From contig OZ024755.1 in the NCBI GenBank assembly GCA_964016885.1, positions 37,014,001 through 37,078,000 on the forward strand: DNA of 64,000 nt, given 5' to 3'. The notes beneath the pieces were generated by a model. The model was not told the DNA's origin, searched no databases, and saw only the letters and a list, made by a program, of their open reading frames with translations. Both the position numbers and the translations under genes were made by a program. Shown here one piece after another: positions 30,283-46,632 of this stretch (position 1 is the first letter of the stretch; every line of letters starts with the position of its first letter). The DNA comes from Eledone cirrhosa. Taxonomy: Eukaryota.

Positions 30283-31475
30283 TATACATACATACATAGA
30301 TTAATACATGATGGCTGCAACTTGAATTCGAGTAATGTCATCAGGTGATAATTAATCTTGAGCATCACGGATGTGGCTTTTTAGTCCTGCTAGGGACTTG
30401 CCTATGGCCAGCAATACCATGCATCACATAAAAATGTCACATATCAAGCGATGCCTGTCCTTGAAGCTTTTTCAAGTGAGGTAAGGCTTTGCATAGGACC
30501 AATCCCACTCTCTGAACATCGAACGCATTTGCCCCCAAAAAAGAACAGGTCTACATCATTGGATGCAAACGAAGTCACAGGTTTTTTTTATCAGAGTGAC
30601 TATCTTCAGGAGAGATCTCTTAATGAAGACTAGGAGTCTCTTGCTCCACAAAAGAAAAAAAAAACTTTATTGGATAGTCGTTGACTCTCCTGATTTCCTC
30701 TGCCCTTTAACGGGTTCTGTTTTTCATCCCGCAGGGTATCCAAACCCATTCTCCGCACCAAACATGCATGGTAAGGTTTCCGGTTTAGTCACCGACGATC
30801 CGACCATGCACAAGTTGTACTGGGTTATATGTTACCAGTAGCGCTGAAGAGCGACCTGACATATACATACATGCGTACATACATGTACATGGTGGCTGCC
30901 AACTCGTTTTCGAGTACGGCCACTACTTTATATCCATGTAGGAGAACCCCTACCGATGCGCTGAACGAGTGTGATTTTTTAGTCCAGCCAGCGACTTGAA
31001 AACTCTGGTACAAACACTACACTTGTGACAATTATTGACACATAGTGCTGGGCCCATGGTACCATGTGACGACAAGTGCAGAGAGCTCTCCAGATATAAA
31101 GCAATGCCTGTGCCGTGAAGCTTTTATAGTGAGCAAAGGCACTGCACAAAGCCAGTCCCACTCTCTTAACCAAGATGATATTTACCAAAAAGAAGAACAA
31201 GTCAACATCATTGGATACCATCAGGGTTGCAGGTGTTATATCAGAGTTTTCCTTCTCCTAGAATTCTGCCTTGACAAAGGCTAAGGGGTCATCTCTCCCG
31301 GTGATTTTGGATGGCTATTGACTCTTAAGAGCTCCTTTGCCCTTTGACTGGTTTTGCTTTTAGTCCTGCGGATGTCCAAAGTCACCCTCCTCACCAAGAA
31401 ACCTTGGTGGGGTTGCCAGTTTAGTCGCCAACGACCAGACCATGGGACAGGTTGTACTGGGATACATGTTACCAG

Positions 31476-31755
31476 GTAGAATTGCTACTTCTCCAGATTG
31501 AGAGATCACAGCTCTGGTACTTTGGGTATATGGTTAGAATGTCTCAGGAAAGAATCGCCGGACAGATTTTACAGGCAAAACCAACTAGTAAGATACCCAG
31601 GGGTAGACCACGAGTAAGATGGTTGGATAACATCCATGAACTTGGCTGGTCTTGCTTAGGGATTCAGCTGGATCAGTTGGAGAGGGTTATTTATGACAGG
31701 ACCAGCTGGAAGGGATGCTGGAGGAGTCTGCTCCCATCACCCTCTCAGGAAGAAT
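31476..31755 (+). mobile_element. RTE-clade LINE 3' fragment
   Basis: IERSQLWYFGYMVRMSQERIAGQILQAKPTSKIPRGRPRVRWLDNI...DRTSW. Confidence 0.85.
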
Positions 31756-32612
31756 CTTCTAGTTTTGTTGAAATAAAATACCAGTAAACTACTAGGGTAA
31801 GCACAATTAATTTTCCTCCACCTTGTGATTATCTCCCCTACCACATGTGCAGTCTTTTCTGGATGCCACAAACTAAATAGGAGGGTTTTTATCCTGTGTC
31901 GAAATCTACAGTAGCAGTGTATATATCAGAGCCACATAACTTTGTTGAGGAGATCTGGTCTATATCGAGCCAGTACCATTTAGTCTTCTGTACTAGTTCC
32001 TGGATTGTAACCTTTCGGTAACCAAATATCAAGGTTTGCTCTCTGAGTTGTCGAGATACGTAACCTATGCATGTTCAATCCACGCCTTTTATTGATTTCA
32101 TATCAGTCCTTCGTAGTGTATGTTGCATATATATACCATCACAGATTTCATAGCTAGCAATCACAGCATAATTGAATTGTAACAGTAACAGATGGATCTT
32201 ACCAGAATTCGTGATATGTGAGTCTTGTATCTATTGCTCTCTACATCGACCCTTTCCTAACATTGCTCAATTCCAGTATTCCACTACTTGGTTTTAATAG
32301 TTCATTTAAAATTTTATTTGAAATATTTTCTTTATTACAATCATAAATGAATGTAAAAGCAAAAAGTGCGAAAAAATTAAAATACACAAAAAACAGGAAT
32401 AAATAACTGAATATGTAGGTTATAATTTTCAATAATCTTTAAGTGGTATTTTGCATTGTTTAAAGATGCTCGCAAAAGTCGATTATCCCTATACGGGCCA
32501 GAGTGAATAAAGGGGATATTTTATATTTAAGTTAACATTCTATTATTCTACAAGTTGAGAGATGATCTATTTACGTTTTTAAGTATGGATTTGAGCTATT
32601 AATTTTGACGAC

Positions 32613-33090
32613 TGAGCCGACCGACTATTTAGGTTGATATAATAGATTTATAACTAAGTACATACTTGAGCCATGTATTGAGCCGACCGACTATATAGGT
32701 TGATATAATAGATGTATAACTCAGCACATACTTGAACCATGTTTTGAGCCATGTATTGAGCCGACCGACTATATAGGTTCCTATAATAGATATATAACTA
32801 AGCACATACTTGAGCTATGTATTGAGCCAACCAACTATATAGGTTGATATAACAGATATATAACTAATCACATACTTGAGCTATGTATTGAGCCATGTAT
32901 TGAGCCGACCGACTATATAGGTTCCTATAATAGATATATAACTAAGCACATACTTGAGCTATGTATTGAGCCAACCAACTATATAGGTTGATATAACAGA
33001 TATATAACTAAGCACATACTTGAGCTATGTATTGAGCCAACCAACTATATAGGTTGATATAACAGATATATAACTAATCACATACTTGAG
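32613..33090. repeat. 66/78-bp tandem repeat, 7 copies
   Basis: attgagccgaccgactatataggttgatataatagatatataactaagcacatacttgagctatgt, with an optional 12-bp duplication. Confidence 0.92.
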
Positions 33091-34333
33091 ACATCACATA
33101 TACCTATTTATTGCAGAAGATATCCCCGTATATTTCGCATTTTCCTTACTATATTAATTTAGACAATGAATTTGGCCCCCGTTTCTTCATAATTACTTCA
33201 TATTGAGTCTTCTGGAATAATATTGGATATTTCGGCGGTGTCTATCTTATTAAAAGATAAGTAAAATAAAAGTCTGAAAACCGAAAGATAATTTCTACCT
33301 GTTGGTATATAAGTAATGATAGGAAAGCATTTACCTGTTGGTGAAGAAGCAATGGTAGGAAAGCATATTCTATTTAGATAGGAAATTCTAGAACAGGGTA
33401 TAGTTGAACTGCGGTCAAGTCGTAAGCATTGAGTGAAGCAGAACTTTATTGTCTATCCAATAAAATCCTACAATTAGGAACATTATTATATAATACGAGA
33501 GTTTTTGGAACTTCGAAATATATTATAAGATATTAATAATAGTAATTTCGGACGACACGAATATATTAGACAATGAGTATATATATATATATATAGTCAT
33601 TAGATAAATATATATATGTGTATATATATGTATATGATATATATGTATATATATATATATATATCTATATATATATATATGATATATATATACATATGTA
33701 TATGTAGGTATATATAAGTATATATATACATATATATGTATATACATATATATGTATATACATATATATATATATGCATATATATATATATATATATTAA
33801 TATGTATGCTTGTATAAATATATAAATATATAAATATATCTATATATATTTATATGAACTGCTATATAAAAAATATAAAAAATAAAATACTATATATTAT
33901 GTCGGAATATGTACGACTCTCTCTCTCTCTCGCTCTCTCGCTCTCTCTCTCTATCTATCTATCTATCTAGCTATCCACTCTCTCTCTCTTTCCCTCTCTC
34001 TTTCTTTCTTTATATATATATATGCATGTATGTATATATATATATATGAATATGTATGAATATGTATGAATATATACATATATACACACACTCACACACA
34101 TATATCTATACATATATATATGTGTGAGTGTGTGTATATATGTATATATTCATACATATTCATATATACATACATACATACATATATATATATAAAGAAA
34201 GAAAGAGAGAGGGAAAGAGAGAGAGAGAGATAGATAGATAGATAGATAGATAATTTTCTTTTTATTTGCCACCAGGGCATCAAAAATGGGGGGAGTTTAC
34301 ATAACAAGGCGTCCTCAATAAGGAGAAGGCAAT

Positions 34334-34455
<122 letters not shown>

Positions 34456-34947
34456 TACATATTCCGACATAATATATAGTATTTCATTTTTCATTTTTTA
34501 TATTGAGCAGTTCATTTGACGAACCCGTCAACCATTTCATTTCTGTGTGATATCATATAATCTTAGATATACGTTTTATTTCTTTTTTATTTTTGGAATC
34601 TCGGCACGTAATAGAAACAGATTAATATAGCGAACGGCTGTAGATATCTATTTTCTCATAATATACGCACAGAAGTCATTGAGATTGATATAATACAGTA
34701 AATTCAAATAGCTTGTGTTGAAGACCACTTCCATTTATAATAATGGGACGGCATTTCTTTGCCAAATCAACTGTCGTGATTAATGTGAGCAACATGAAAA
34801 TAAAAATAATACAATGAAAAGAAACTTATATTTCCTATATTAATGTCGAACATATAAACAAACGGTTTTTCATCTCCCCCCTCTCTCTTTCTCTCTCTCT
34901 CACTGTTTGACTTTGTTTCATTTTATCCCTCTCTTGCCGTCCTACAC

Positions 34948-35021
<74 letters not shown>

Positions 35022-35116
35022 GTATATATATATATATATATATATAATTGTATATATATATATAATTGTATATATATATTTAAATGTATAGATATATATA
35101 ATTTTATATATATATG

Positions 35117-35185
<69 letters not shown>

Positions 35186-35415
35186 GTACATATATATAAT
35201 TGGATATATATATATAATTGTATATATAGGTATAAATCATTGTATATATATATATATACAATTATATATATATAATTGTATATATATATAAATTGTTGTA
35301 TATATATATATATATATAAATTATTGTGTATATATATATATAAATTGTTGTATATATATATACAACAATTTATATATATATATATTTAAATTGTATATAT
35401 ATATATACAACAATT

Positions 35416-35483
<68 letters not shown>

Positions 35484-35513
35484 AATTGCTGTATATATAT
35501 ATATGTGTGTGTT

Positions 35514-35590
<77 letters not shown>

Positions 35591-36341
35591 GTGTGTGTGT
35601 GTGTGTACAACTATATATAGTTTCATGATATTTTCAACGAAGATATCTTTTATTAGTATACACATATCTAACAATATATGGGATCTAGAATCATATATCG
35701 AAAATGTGTGTGTGTGCGTGAACTCGCGCGTGTGCGTGAACTCGTGTGTGTGTGTGTGATATATAGAACAAATTGATTGGATATAATTATATTATGTTGT
35801 GTATCCTTCGATTCCGCGGACGAGATTTCCAATTGTTTGAACAATGGTAGTGCTTAGCCATGAAATAGCAAGTACCTTTACTATTCCATAGACACGTATA
35901 TATTTCACGTGGTTCTGAGCATGACAGGGTTTGAAAAGATTGCTCCTTTCATATAACTGGTTTTTGCCAGATGAATGGACTGGAGGAATGTGAAATAACG
36001 TGTTCGCTCAAGGACAGACAGACCCCCCCCCCCGGATATGAACTCAGATCATAAGCAACCGAAACCACTAAAAAAACCATATATGCAGGAAGTGTTGTCA
36101 CATAAATGATTTAAATAGTGCTTATATTAATTTATTCTCAGTCAAAAGCTCGAGGAAATATATCTCTTTTGTAAGTAATGTCTTCTGTCAGGGGGACTTA
36201 ACTCTTTTCTAGGACTGATTTGCCAACGATGTATTGGCAGGTTAATGATTACGTTTGAGATAGTCTCCTCGAAAACACCTTTGTAATTTGGTTCAATAAA
36301 TCAGTGCTAGGGAATAATATGATGCGTTATATATATAAATA

Positions 36342-36378
<37 letters not shown>

Positions 36379-36500
36379 ATATATTTCCATTTCAGGTAGA
36401 CGCGCTCCATCATCCACTTTTCTAAAAAATAAATCATACACAAAATGCCAGCACAAACAGTTTATCTTATTTCTCATTCGTCTATCTTATTTCTCATTCT

Positions 36501-36538
36501 TTCTTCTGATGAAGGACTAGCGTCCGAAACGTTAAGAA
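36501..36538 (+). ncRNA. Minimal type I hammerhead, family B
   Basis: ttctt-CTGATGA-a-ggac tagc gtcc-GAAA-cg-TT-aagaa; palindromic ACGT stem III. Related copy at 3597-3628 (-); family tail also at 46378-46445 and 53165-53245. Confidence 0.82.
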
Positions 36539-36944
36539 CCCACTTCCTGCTATATCAAGCGTTAACCTAAAATATCCCTTCCATATACTGTACCGACTGT
36601 GTTGTTATTTCTGTTTACCTTTTACATACATACATATATATATATATATATAAGCAGAAGGGATATTCAATTCGTTGGTAATTCAACAAATATAAATGTT
36701 TATAACTGATTCAGAGCACTCGACAAGTTTTCTGGAGTATAATATTCAATGATATTAAATAAATGGAAACTATATTTATAAAACTATATTTATTATATTA
36801 TATATAGTTCAAGAGTACCAACACTTTGGTACCCTTTCATCAGATAAAATACGAAGTGTGTTTTATAAATTTTGACATAACCAAGGAAAATACCTTAACG
36901 GTTCAGGGTTTCCTTGGATATCCAATATATATATATATACATAT

Positions 36945-37003
<59 letters not shown>

Positions 37004-37004
37004 C

Positions 37005-37102
<98 letters not shown>

Positions 37103-38302
37103 ATATGTATGTACATATGTGTGTGTGATATGATTAATTGAAAGGACAGAATGAAATGTGGAAACATCTAAAAAGTATCTCTAAACGGATTTACTTACAG
37201 AACTAAATCTACTGGAAGAAGGAAACATTTTGCTATGCTAGACGGAAGCTAACCTGAACATATCAATTTCAACAACACGCGTATCATGTGTAATAGGATG
37301 TAGACTGTAAACATTCAACAATTATAGTCCACCATTTCAGTTTTGTTTACTTGTTCTATGTCACTTCGATTAATTCACACTATTAAACATGGCGGGATTT
37401 GAATGACAGTCAGGTTACTCTATAATCCCTGTGGGTTAATTTCAGTAAGAAATCTTGCCTTCTGTAACACATGAATGCTTGGAAAACGTTGTGTGCTTGT
37501 CTAAAGACTTTTAAGGATCATAGTTGAGATCAGAGGTACTCAAAGGGGGAACTACCACCCCCAGGGGGTGTTGAGAAGGTCCCGGGGGCGCTATGGCCTA
37601 AGGGAGCGGGCGGTAGGGATGATATAATAGTATATTAAATACATATGATACATATTATATATAAATATAGTAAAATAAAAAATATATATTATATATTTAT
37701 ACATAGTATTAACGATTTTATTTATTACATATTATTTACAATTTGCGTGTTGGCAGATATATATATATATATATATATATATAACATCTATTTTAAAACT
37801 TTTTCTCTATTTGCTATTTTATATGTTCTGGCTTGTTAATTTATTAACTTGCGATAGAACCACATTGGCATACGGTTGGATAATACTTGTATCCCTATAT
37901 GTATTTTTTACACGGAGGAACACATACTTTATTATTATTAATCTCCCCTAAGGTTTAGATAACATTTGGTCGTTTGAACTGCTGCTATTTCTAGTAGCAG
38001 GACATTGACCTGTACACCCTGCCTTCTTTCTTTACACACGGCACTAGACAAATTTGTTTCTTTCCCCATTCACTCTCATCCGGGAAGAGTTTTGTATGGC
38101 GTCAGTTTTTGATTTGAACTCGGGAATTTTATATTCTCCGAGCGAGAAGAAACGTCTGATGAGAGTCCCCTTCTCAATGAAAATCCGCTTCGATTATCCG
38201 TTTATTTTGGAATTTGAAACCGCGCGGTAAAGGCACATATAGTAAGTACAGCGAACTTTTACAAATTTATTTTAAAACTTTTTCTCTATTTGCTAGACCT
38301 TG

Positions 38303-38351
<49 letters not shown>

Positions 38352-38673
38352 ATCATTTAAAAAAAAATCTGTATATATAGTATATTTGATTCATTATATT
38401 TTTTATTAGAAATCATAATAAAACCAATTTATAAAATATTCCACTCCACAATTCTTTTTCTACAAACTTCAATAGAACCTTTTCTATATTCAACGAAACG
38501 TATGAATTATTGATTTGATACGCCCGAGTGACGGAGATAATAGTTTCACTGTCACAAATTAACTTACACAAAATATACTTATTGTTAGCATTTAACACGT
38601 TTCTTTTATCTGAGAGTCGCGGTCAGTTAGTGACTCTTCAAATATATATATATGTGTGTGTGTATGTGTTCAT

Positions 38674-38749
<76 letters not shown>

Positions 38750-38857
38750 GTATATTGTATATATATATATATCCAGCAGAAAACTTATGAAGGGAAATTA
38801 TCCCCCGTTCGTGCTTTCCTCTTATTTATAAATGAATCTTATCGAGCAACTAATTTA

Positions 38858-38888
<31 letters not shown>

Positions 38889-38890
38889 CC

Positions 38891-39424
<534 letters not shown>

Positions 39425-39483
39425 ATATATATATATTCAAAATATTAATAAATGGATACATTCACATAATCAAAATATATGTT

Positions 39484-39542
39484 TTATTATATATATTTCG
39501 GAGGTACTGTGCTGTTTTTTTCAGTCCGTCCTCATCAGATAA
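39484..39542 (-). ncRNA. Type I hammerhead motif with (AT)4 stem III
   Basis: Minus strand: ttat-CTGATGA-gga..actg/cagt..tcc-GAAA-tatata-TA-ataa. Confidence 0.75.
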
Positions 39543-40388
39543 CATACATAAATTGATGTATGACATACCTCAACTGTGCTGATGGTTCAATTCCAGTTTT
39601 GGCAGGACTGGATTTGAACCATCAGCACAGTTGAGGTATGTCATACATACCTCAACTGGCCAACCGCAGGTGTGAGCCTCGTGAGTTGGAATGACTCTTC
39701 CAGAGCATCTCCCCTTACCATCCTCCGGGGAAACGGCTTCTCCATTCTGTCTGCCGGGGCTGTGGGGTGGCCAGCACATGGGACCCCATTTGCTCACTAT
39801 ATGGAGAGATGGGGAGGGCGAGAGAGATGGAGGCGATGACAGTGGGAGTTCGGCTCTTCCACGTTCGGACCATATGCTTGTGGTTATGTTCATCAAGCCC
39901 TAATGCAGTAATGAAATTAAATGCCTCAATGATCACTTATATAAATTTACAGTTTGTGACAGAATTCTCATTCGTCTGCCATAAATAAATTCATCACTTT
40001 TATAGATCATGTTTGATTTCATTTTGAGGGTAACTTATAATTATTAAATAGAACATTGATTTGTCGATAAATGAATATTAAACTAGCCAGGAATCGTATA
40101 TGTAGTGCACTGTCCTCTCCAGGGAAACGCCTTCTCTATTCTGGCCGATTATATTACGAATTCTGTTAAATAGTCTTATATATACCACATAAACAGTAAG
40201 TAGACATGCGGTTTCGTTCCGTTGTTCGAACAACTAATTCACTCAAAGGTAAAGTTGACTTTGGTAGAATTTGAACTCAGAGAGCAGAGATCCACAAATC
40301 ATTCTATTCGACATTCTTGTTTATAAGTCTTCTCTATGCATGTTTAGAGATAGCATTTGTTTGTGTATGTGAGATTATGTGTGTGCCC

Positions 40389-42095
40389 TATCGGTAGAGG
40401 GTCGGACGCCATGCTTTCCAGCATAGTTACGTCCCTTTACGATCTGAGTTCAAATCCCGCCGAGGTTGACTTTGCCTTTCATCCTTACGGGGTCGATAAA
40501 ATAAAGTACCAGTAATGCACTGGAAAATTGCTGGCCTTGTGCCTAAAGTAGAAACAATTATTTATTTACCTTTATGGTCTGAGTTCAAATCCCGCCGAGG
40601 TTGACTTTGCCTTTCATCCTTACGGGGTCGATAAAATGAAGTACCAGTAATACACTGGAATAATTGCTGGCCTTGTGCCAAAAGTAGAAACAATATTTAT
40701 TTACCTTTTCATCCTTACGGGGTCGATAAAATAAAGTACCAGTAATACACTGGGATAATTGCTGGTCTTGTGCCAAAAGTAGAAACAATTATTTATTTAC
40801 CTTTTTTGTTTTCCATAATCCTTTATCTGCCTGTCAGAGATCTCTTTGTTCAGTGTCGTTCAACTGGTCTCATTAATCCATAAGTTTCTAGAAGCTAATT
40901 TCCTCATTTCTACCACTATTTCGTGCGATATTCAACCAAGCATATCGGACATACAATTGATATGCTCAACTTCTTGTCTATTTTATGTGATTTTGTAGAG
41001 GGTCGGACGCCATATTTGACGTATAGAGTTACGACCCTTGCCATTCTGAGTTCAAATTCCGCCGAGGTTAACTTTGCCTTTCATCCTTACGGGGTCGATA
41101 AAATAAAGTACCAGTATGCACTGGGTAATTGCTGGCCTTGTGCCAAACGTAGAAACAATTATTTCAGTTTCTTCTGGATTGGCAGTATCGGTAGAGAGTC
41201 GGACACCATGCTTTGAAGCATAGAGTTACGTCCTTTTATGATCTGAGTTCAAATCCCGCCGAGGTTAACTTTGCCTTTCATCCTTACGGGGTCGATAAAA
41301 TAAAGTACCAGTAATGTACTGGTTAATTGCTGGCCTTGTGCCTAAAATAGAAACAATTATTTCAGTTTCTTCTGTTAAGGATAAATGTCGGGTTTATATG
41401 AAATTCAGTGCGTGCTACGCAATGAGGTGAACGCTCAAACCATGGATTAAGTGAAGCATTTCTTCGCGATTTTATTCAGTACATATGCTAAAGAGTCAGA
41501 ACGAAGCCTATAAGTGTTCCTCTAAATTATTCGTTTCGAATTAAAATGTCGCAGTAGCTTATTTGCTAACTTTCTTCCACTCGTTGATTAGATAAGTGTG
41601 TAAATATCCACTCAAGATAATTTACTCGGCCATTCTCTGCTTATTCAAATTAAAATCAGTGGAGTCTAACGAAAGACTAGTATACACTTCAAAGCTGGTA
41701 AAATTTCAGAAAAGCTATGTACAGAGACTAAATAGTTTGCAGTGCATAAATATGCCACTATACGTTCCGGATTCAAATCAAACTTATGTTTACTTTGTAA
41801 TTGATGACATTATTGCCCATAGAATATTAGTATCAATTCACCCAACTAGCTCTTAAATTCATGAACGCATTATCATAATTTAATAAGGGGAGGAGTGCGG
41901 GACTGTGTCCTGAATATAATATTTTTTTACCCCGTGTGTAAAATAAGTTGGATTACTTTGAATAAATAATTGTTTCTACTTTTGGTACAAGGCCAGCAAT
42001 TATCCCAGTGTATTGCTGGTACTTTATTTTATCGACCCTGTAAGGATGAAAGGCAAAGTTAACCTCGGCGGTATTTGAACTCAGATCATAAAGGG
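40389..42095. mobile_element. SINE cluster (40389-40800 nested tandem 3' copies, 40995-41165, 41175-41362 +; 41968-42095 -)
   Basis: Consensus matches. Confidence 0.87.
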
Positions 42096-42974
42096 AATAA
42101 TGAATGATTATTACATAATTCATGTACTAAAATTTGTAACTCTTGATTAAATATAAATAATGTTATTGCTTATTTCGAGATTCACTTCTTTTAAAATTTT
42201 CAGATGTCAATACTTCCGGTTATGATATAACAGACACCATATTATAACGCTTATATAAACGTTATATTCCTTATAATATCAATATACACACTACACATGC
42301 TGGCAGAAAAACCACTCTAAGGGTGGTTTTTCTGCTAGTTTATACTAATGTTGATGTAACTATCACTTAGCTGGCTGTGCACTAGCATTATTTCAGTTCA
42401 GTGACAGGAATTAGAAAACAAAATTTATAATCTAGAAATAAAATATAATCTGGACAATTGTTTCAGTTATAATCGTCTAAAATGTTATAATAAAGTGCAA
42501 AATAATAAGATATTATACTGGAACAAAGCCACATATGTATGGTAGTATAATAGGGTCGATTGATGCGAAGCCAATACATTTTGGCACCTTTTTTACGAGT
42601 CTTCATGGGATGCAAAGCGAAAATTTAACCTGAATTTATATATCAATGGAATAGGATTGAAGTCAGCACTACCACACCAACATCTTCAGTGGCAACCTCT
42701 GCTGTTCGTAGAACTGAGCGACACGACTGTAGTTAACCTCCGCACTTGGATGTCCACTATACCTTTGGAAGTTAGATTGTTTGTGCAGGAAAACAACAAA
42801 GGGCATGTATTAGTATATAAATCACGGATATTTTGGATGATTGCGCTTTACTCTCTCTGTGTATGCAGTTATACAAGAGACCCGCCTTCCCTTACATACG
42901 AACTTAAACCTACAGTTAGTAGGCACCTCTTAGCCCGATATACACCTCATCCCACACCCATACGCCATCCTACC

Positions 42975-43332
42975 ACTCCAGTCCACTGTAAAGTGATCGT
43001 GTAGGTGACACGGTAAAAAGTACCCAGTCCACACTGTAAAGTGGTCGTGTAGGAGAGACGACGAAAAGTACCCAGTCTACACTGTAAAGTGGTCGTGTAG
43101 GAGAGACGACGAAAAGTTCCCAGTCCACACTGTAAAGTGGTCGTGTAGGAGACACGGTAAAAAGGCTCCCAGTCCACACTGTAAATGTCTTTGGTGTTAG
43201 GAAGGGCATCCAGCCGTAGAAAACCAGCCAGAAACAGTTCTGTACAAGCGAGACGTGGTCACCCAACCAATCTTGTCTCAAACGGGACAAACCCATGCTA
43301 GCGTGGAAGATGGACATTAAACGATGATGATA
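42975..43332 (+). mobile_element. OK-like SINE 3' part with internal 48-bp tandem expansion (~4.5 copies)
   Basis: Unit cccagtccacactgtaaagtggtcgtgtaggagagacgacgaaaagta; tail ggaagggcatccagccgtagaaa...ggacattaaacgatgatgat. Confidence 0.7.
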
Positions 43333-44611
43333 TATATGTTTAATATAAATGTATATTTTTACATTTTACGCCCTCTACCATTGATATGTTTTAACCTTTA
43401 TATTTCAGCCTTATACTTCACTCTCGAAACTTAAACATACTTTACTCTACCACACCCTACAAACCTACACCAAAATCTTCAATGGCACTCTGTGCTGTTC
43501 GTAGAACTGAGCGACACGACTGCTAGTTAACCTCCGCACTTGGATGTCCACTATACCTTTGGAAGTTAGATTGTTTGTGCAGGAAAACAACAAAGGGCAT
43601 GTATTAGTATATAAATCACGGATATTTTGGCTGTACGCTTTACTCTCTCTGCATACTATTTATTATTCCCAGCTCACCTCTCTCCTCACTTCTTCATACG
43701 CTACAAACAGGCAAACACACACATACTAAAACCATTCAGTTCTTTAAATACTATTCTATTAAGAAAACCATATCACTACTTTAATACCGTATTATCCATC
43801 AATTATCCATCAGTCACTTATGCAACGGTTTAATTAACAGTCCATTAACATCACCGTATCAAACACATTGTAATTATTGATAAACACTAACTTATAAAAT
43901 GATGAAGAGTGAGAGAACTTAAGTAACAGACTTAAACATGAGGAATATAAACTAGCAGTTCGCTCCATGCCAACAATTTCCTTTTAACAACAAATAAGAT
44001 TCTTAATAACTAATGACCTTTTGATCGTTTTCTTGTTTCTGTTTATGGTGATTTCACCTATTTGATACTTTCATTCAACTTCACTGTAGATCTTTAAACT
44101 GTCTTTACTTTAATGCAACTGTTAGTGTATCAGTTTGATTATGTTCATTTAAAATATTAATCTCTTAAATAATGTTTCAAACAATACACTTTTAGTACAG
44201 CAAGCACACTCAGGTTCCATATTTGATAGCAGCTTTTCATCTTGACATTTCTGTCAAGATTCTTATGCCAAGAATGTTATTAATATTATTTCTTCTTCAC
44301 GATCAAGTCACTATTCAAAACAATTATCAGTAAGATTTATGGAATCAGAAATCCGGAAGATGCTGATACATATATCAAGCTATATTTAATTTGCACCAAA
44401 CACTCTAATTATATTGCAGAAGGGAATTGCGCTTTTAAGTTACACATTGGTAGAATCGGTAGAGAGTTGGACACCATGCATTTCATGAACTATACAATTC
44501 TTTTTATGTCAAGAACCAAAGGTCAGGAAACTTAAGAAACAAATAAACTAGCAAAGATTAATAATCTAGATGGCGATAGTAATATTTTATGGTAGCATTA
44601 TTTCAGTATTG

Positions 44612-45237
44612 CAGGGTGGTGGATTGGCAGTATCGGGAGAGGGTCGGACGCCATGCTTTGCCGCATAGAGTTACGGCCCTTTATGATCTGAGTTCAAATC
44701 CCGCCGAGGTTAACTTTGCCTTTCATCCTTACGGGTTCGATAAAATAAAGTACCAGTCACGCACTGGGGTCGATTTAATCGACTTTCCCCTCCCCCAAAA
44801 TTGCTGGCCTTGTGCCTATATAAGAAACCATTATTTCAGCGTTGCGGGGTGGCGGATTGGCAGTATCGGTAGATGGACACCATGCTTTGCGGGCATAGAG
44901 TTACGGCCCTTGCCATTCTGTCCTTACGGGTTCGATAAAATAAAGTACCAGTCACGCACTGAGGTCGATTTAATCAACTATCCCCTCCCCCAAAATTACT
45001 GGCCTTGTGCCTATACTAGAAACCATTATTATTATTATCTAGGGCGGTGTATTGGCATTATCGGTAGAGGGTCAGACGCCATGCTTTGCAGCAAAGAGTT
45101 ACGGCCCTTTATGGTCTGAGTTCAAATCCCGCCGAGGTTAACTTTGCCTTTCATCCTTTCGGGGTCGATAAAATAAAGTACCAGTAATACACTGGGATAA
45201 TTGCTGGCCTTGTGCCAAAAGTAGAAACAATTATTAT
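44612..45237 (+). mobile_element. Three head-to-tail SINE copies
   Basis: Consensus matches; accounts for ORF 44589-45119. Confidence 0.88.
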
Positions 45238-45476
45238 CAATATTGAAGGTGAAGCCACGCTTCTGATCGCCTCCAGTTCTTTTCCAACTGTATACATCTA
45301 TTTCGACCCTTTCTAACATTTTCTTCAAGTTTTAAACTTGATAAGAGTTTAGAGGACGTCATCCACTTAACACAGGGGTTCACTCGTAAATAATACGACA
45401 TCCCGTTATGCAGTGTCGTATTCTGTAAAATTTACTAGAAAAAAAAAAGAAAAAAGGTTTGTTCAAACATGGATAC

Positions 45477-45524
<48 letters not shown>

Positions 45525-46295
45525 GTAAGACAACATAAAGAGAGCAGGACGTTGTCAACATTTCAACAAGACAGCGATGTATGTATATACATATATATAT
45601 GTGTGTGTATTTATAGATATGTATGTATGTATATGTAAACATGTGGGTATGTGCGTGTATGTGACTGTGTGTGTGTGTGCGTGTGTGCGTGTGTGCGTGT
45701 GTGTGTGTGTCGTGTGTGATTGTAAAGACCTGACCATTTAATACAGCCACTTAAATAAATTCCTTTTGACTGCTTAGCATAATTGAACCTTGAAAACTGT
45801 GTGTGTGCGTGTGTGTGTACGTGCGTGCGTGCGTGCGTGCGTGCGTGTGTGTGTGTGTGTGATTGTAGACACCTGACCATTTTTGCAGACCTCACCATCC
45901 TTTAGTAGAGCATGTTAATACAGTCACTTCATGAGAACTCTTTCATCACTGAACCTTGGACATTAGGACTTCCGCTCAGTGTGTTTGTGTTTCTCTATAG
46001 GGACTTAAAGTGAATTTACTTTTGCCTTTACATTTTTCTCTAAATATAGTTTTTTTTAAAGAATCCTCATTCTTTAAATCCATCAACCAATGACCTCAAC
46101 CCATCCCAACCACCACCCTCTCCTGACACCAGAAAAGATATAAATACCGCCATATTACATTGACAGTCGGCTTTCCTGATGATTTCCCCCGAAACAGTTT
46201 TAGTCCTGTAGAAGCATTTTCTATATTAAATATTTATACTCTGCTTTGTATTGAGTACCTTGGTTACTGTGGTTACCCCCGATTGAACCTGGGAT

Positions 46296-46382
<87 letters not shown>

Positions 46383-46522
46383 TGTAAAAGGTAAACAGAA
46401 ATAATAATACAATCGGTACAGTATATGGAAGGAATATATGTGTCAGTATGCATAGGTACACACACTTATATATACACACACACGCACACACACACACGAA
46501 CAGACGCACACACGCACACACG

Positions 46523-46632
<110 letters not shown>

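Noticed and set aside
44589-45119. 176-aa ORF
   Set aside because: Read-through of tandem SINE copies.
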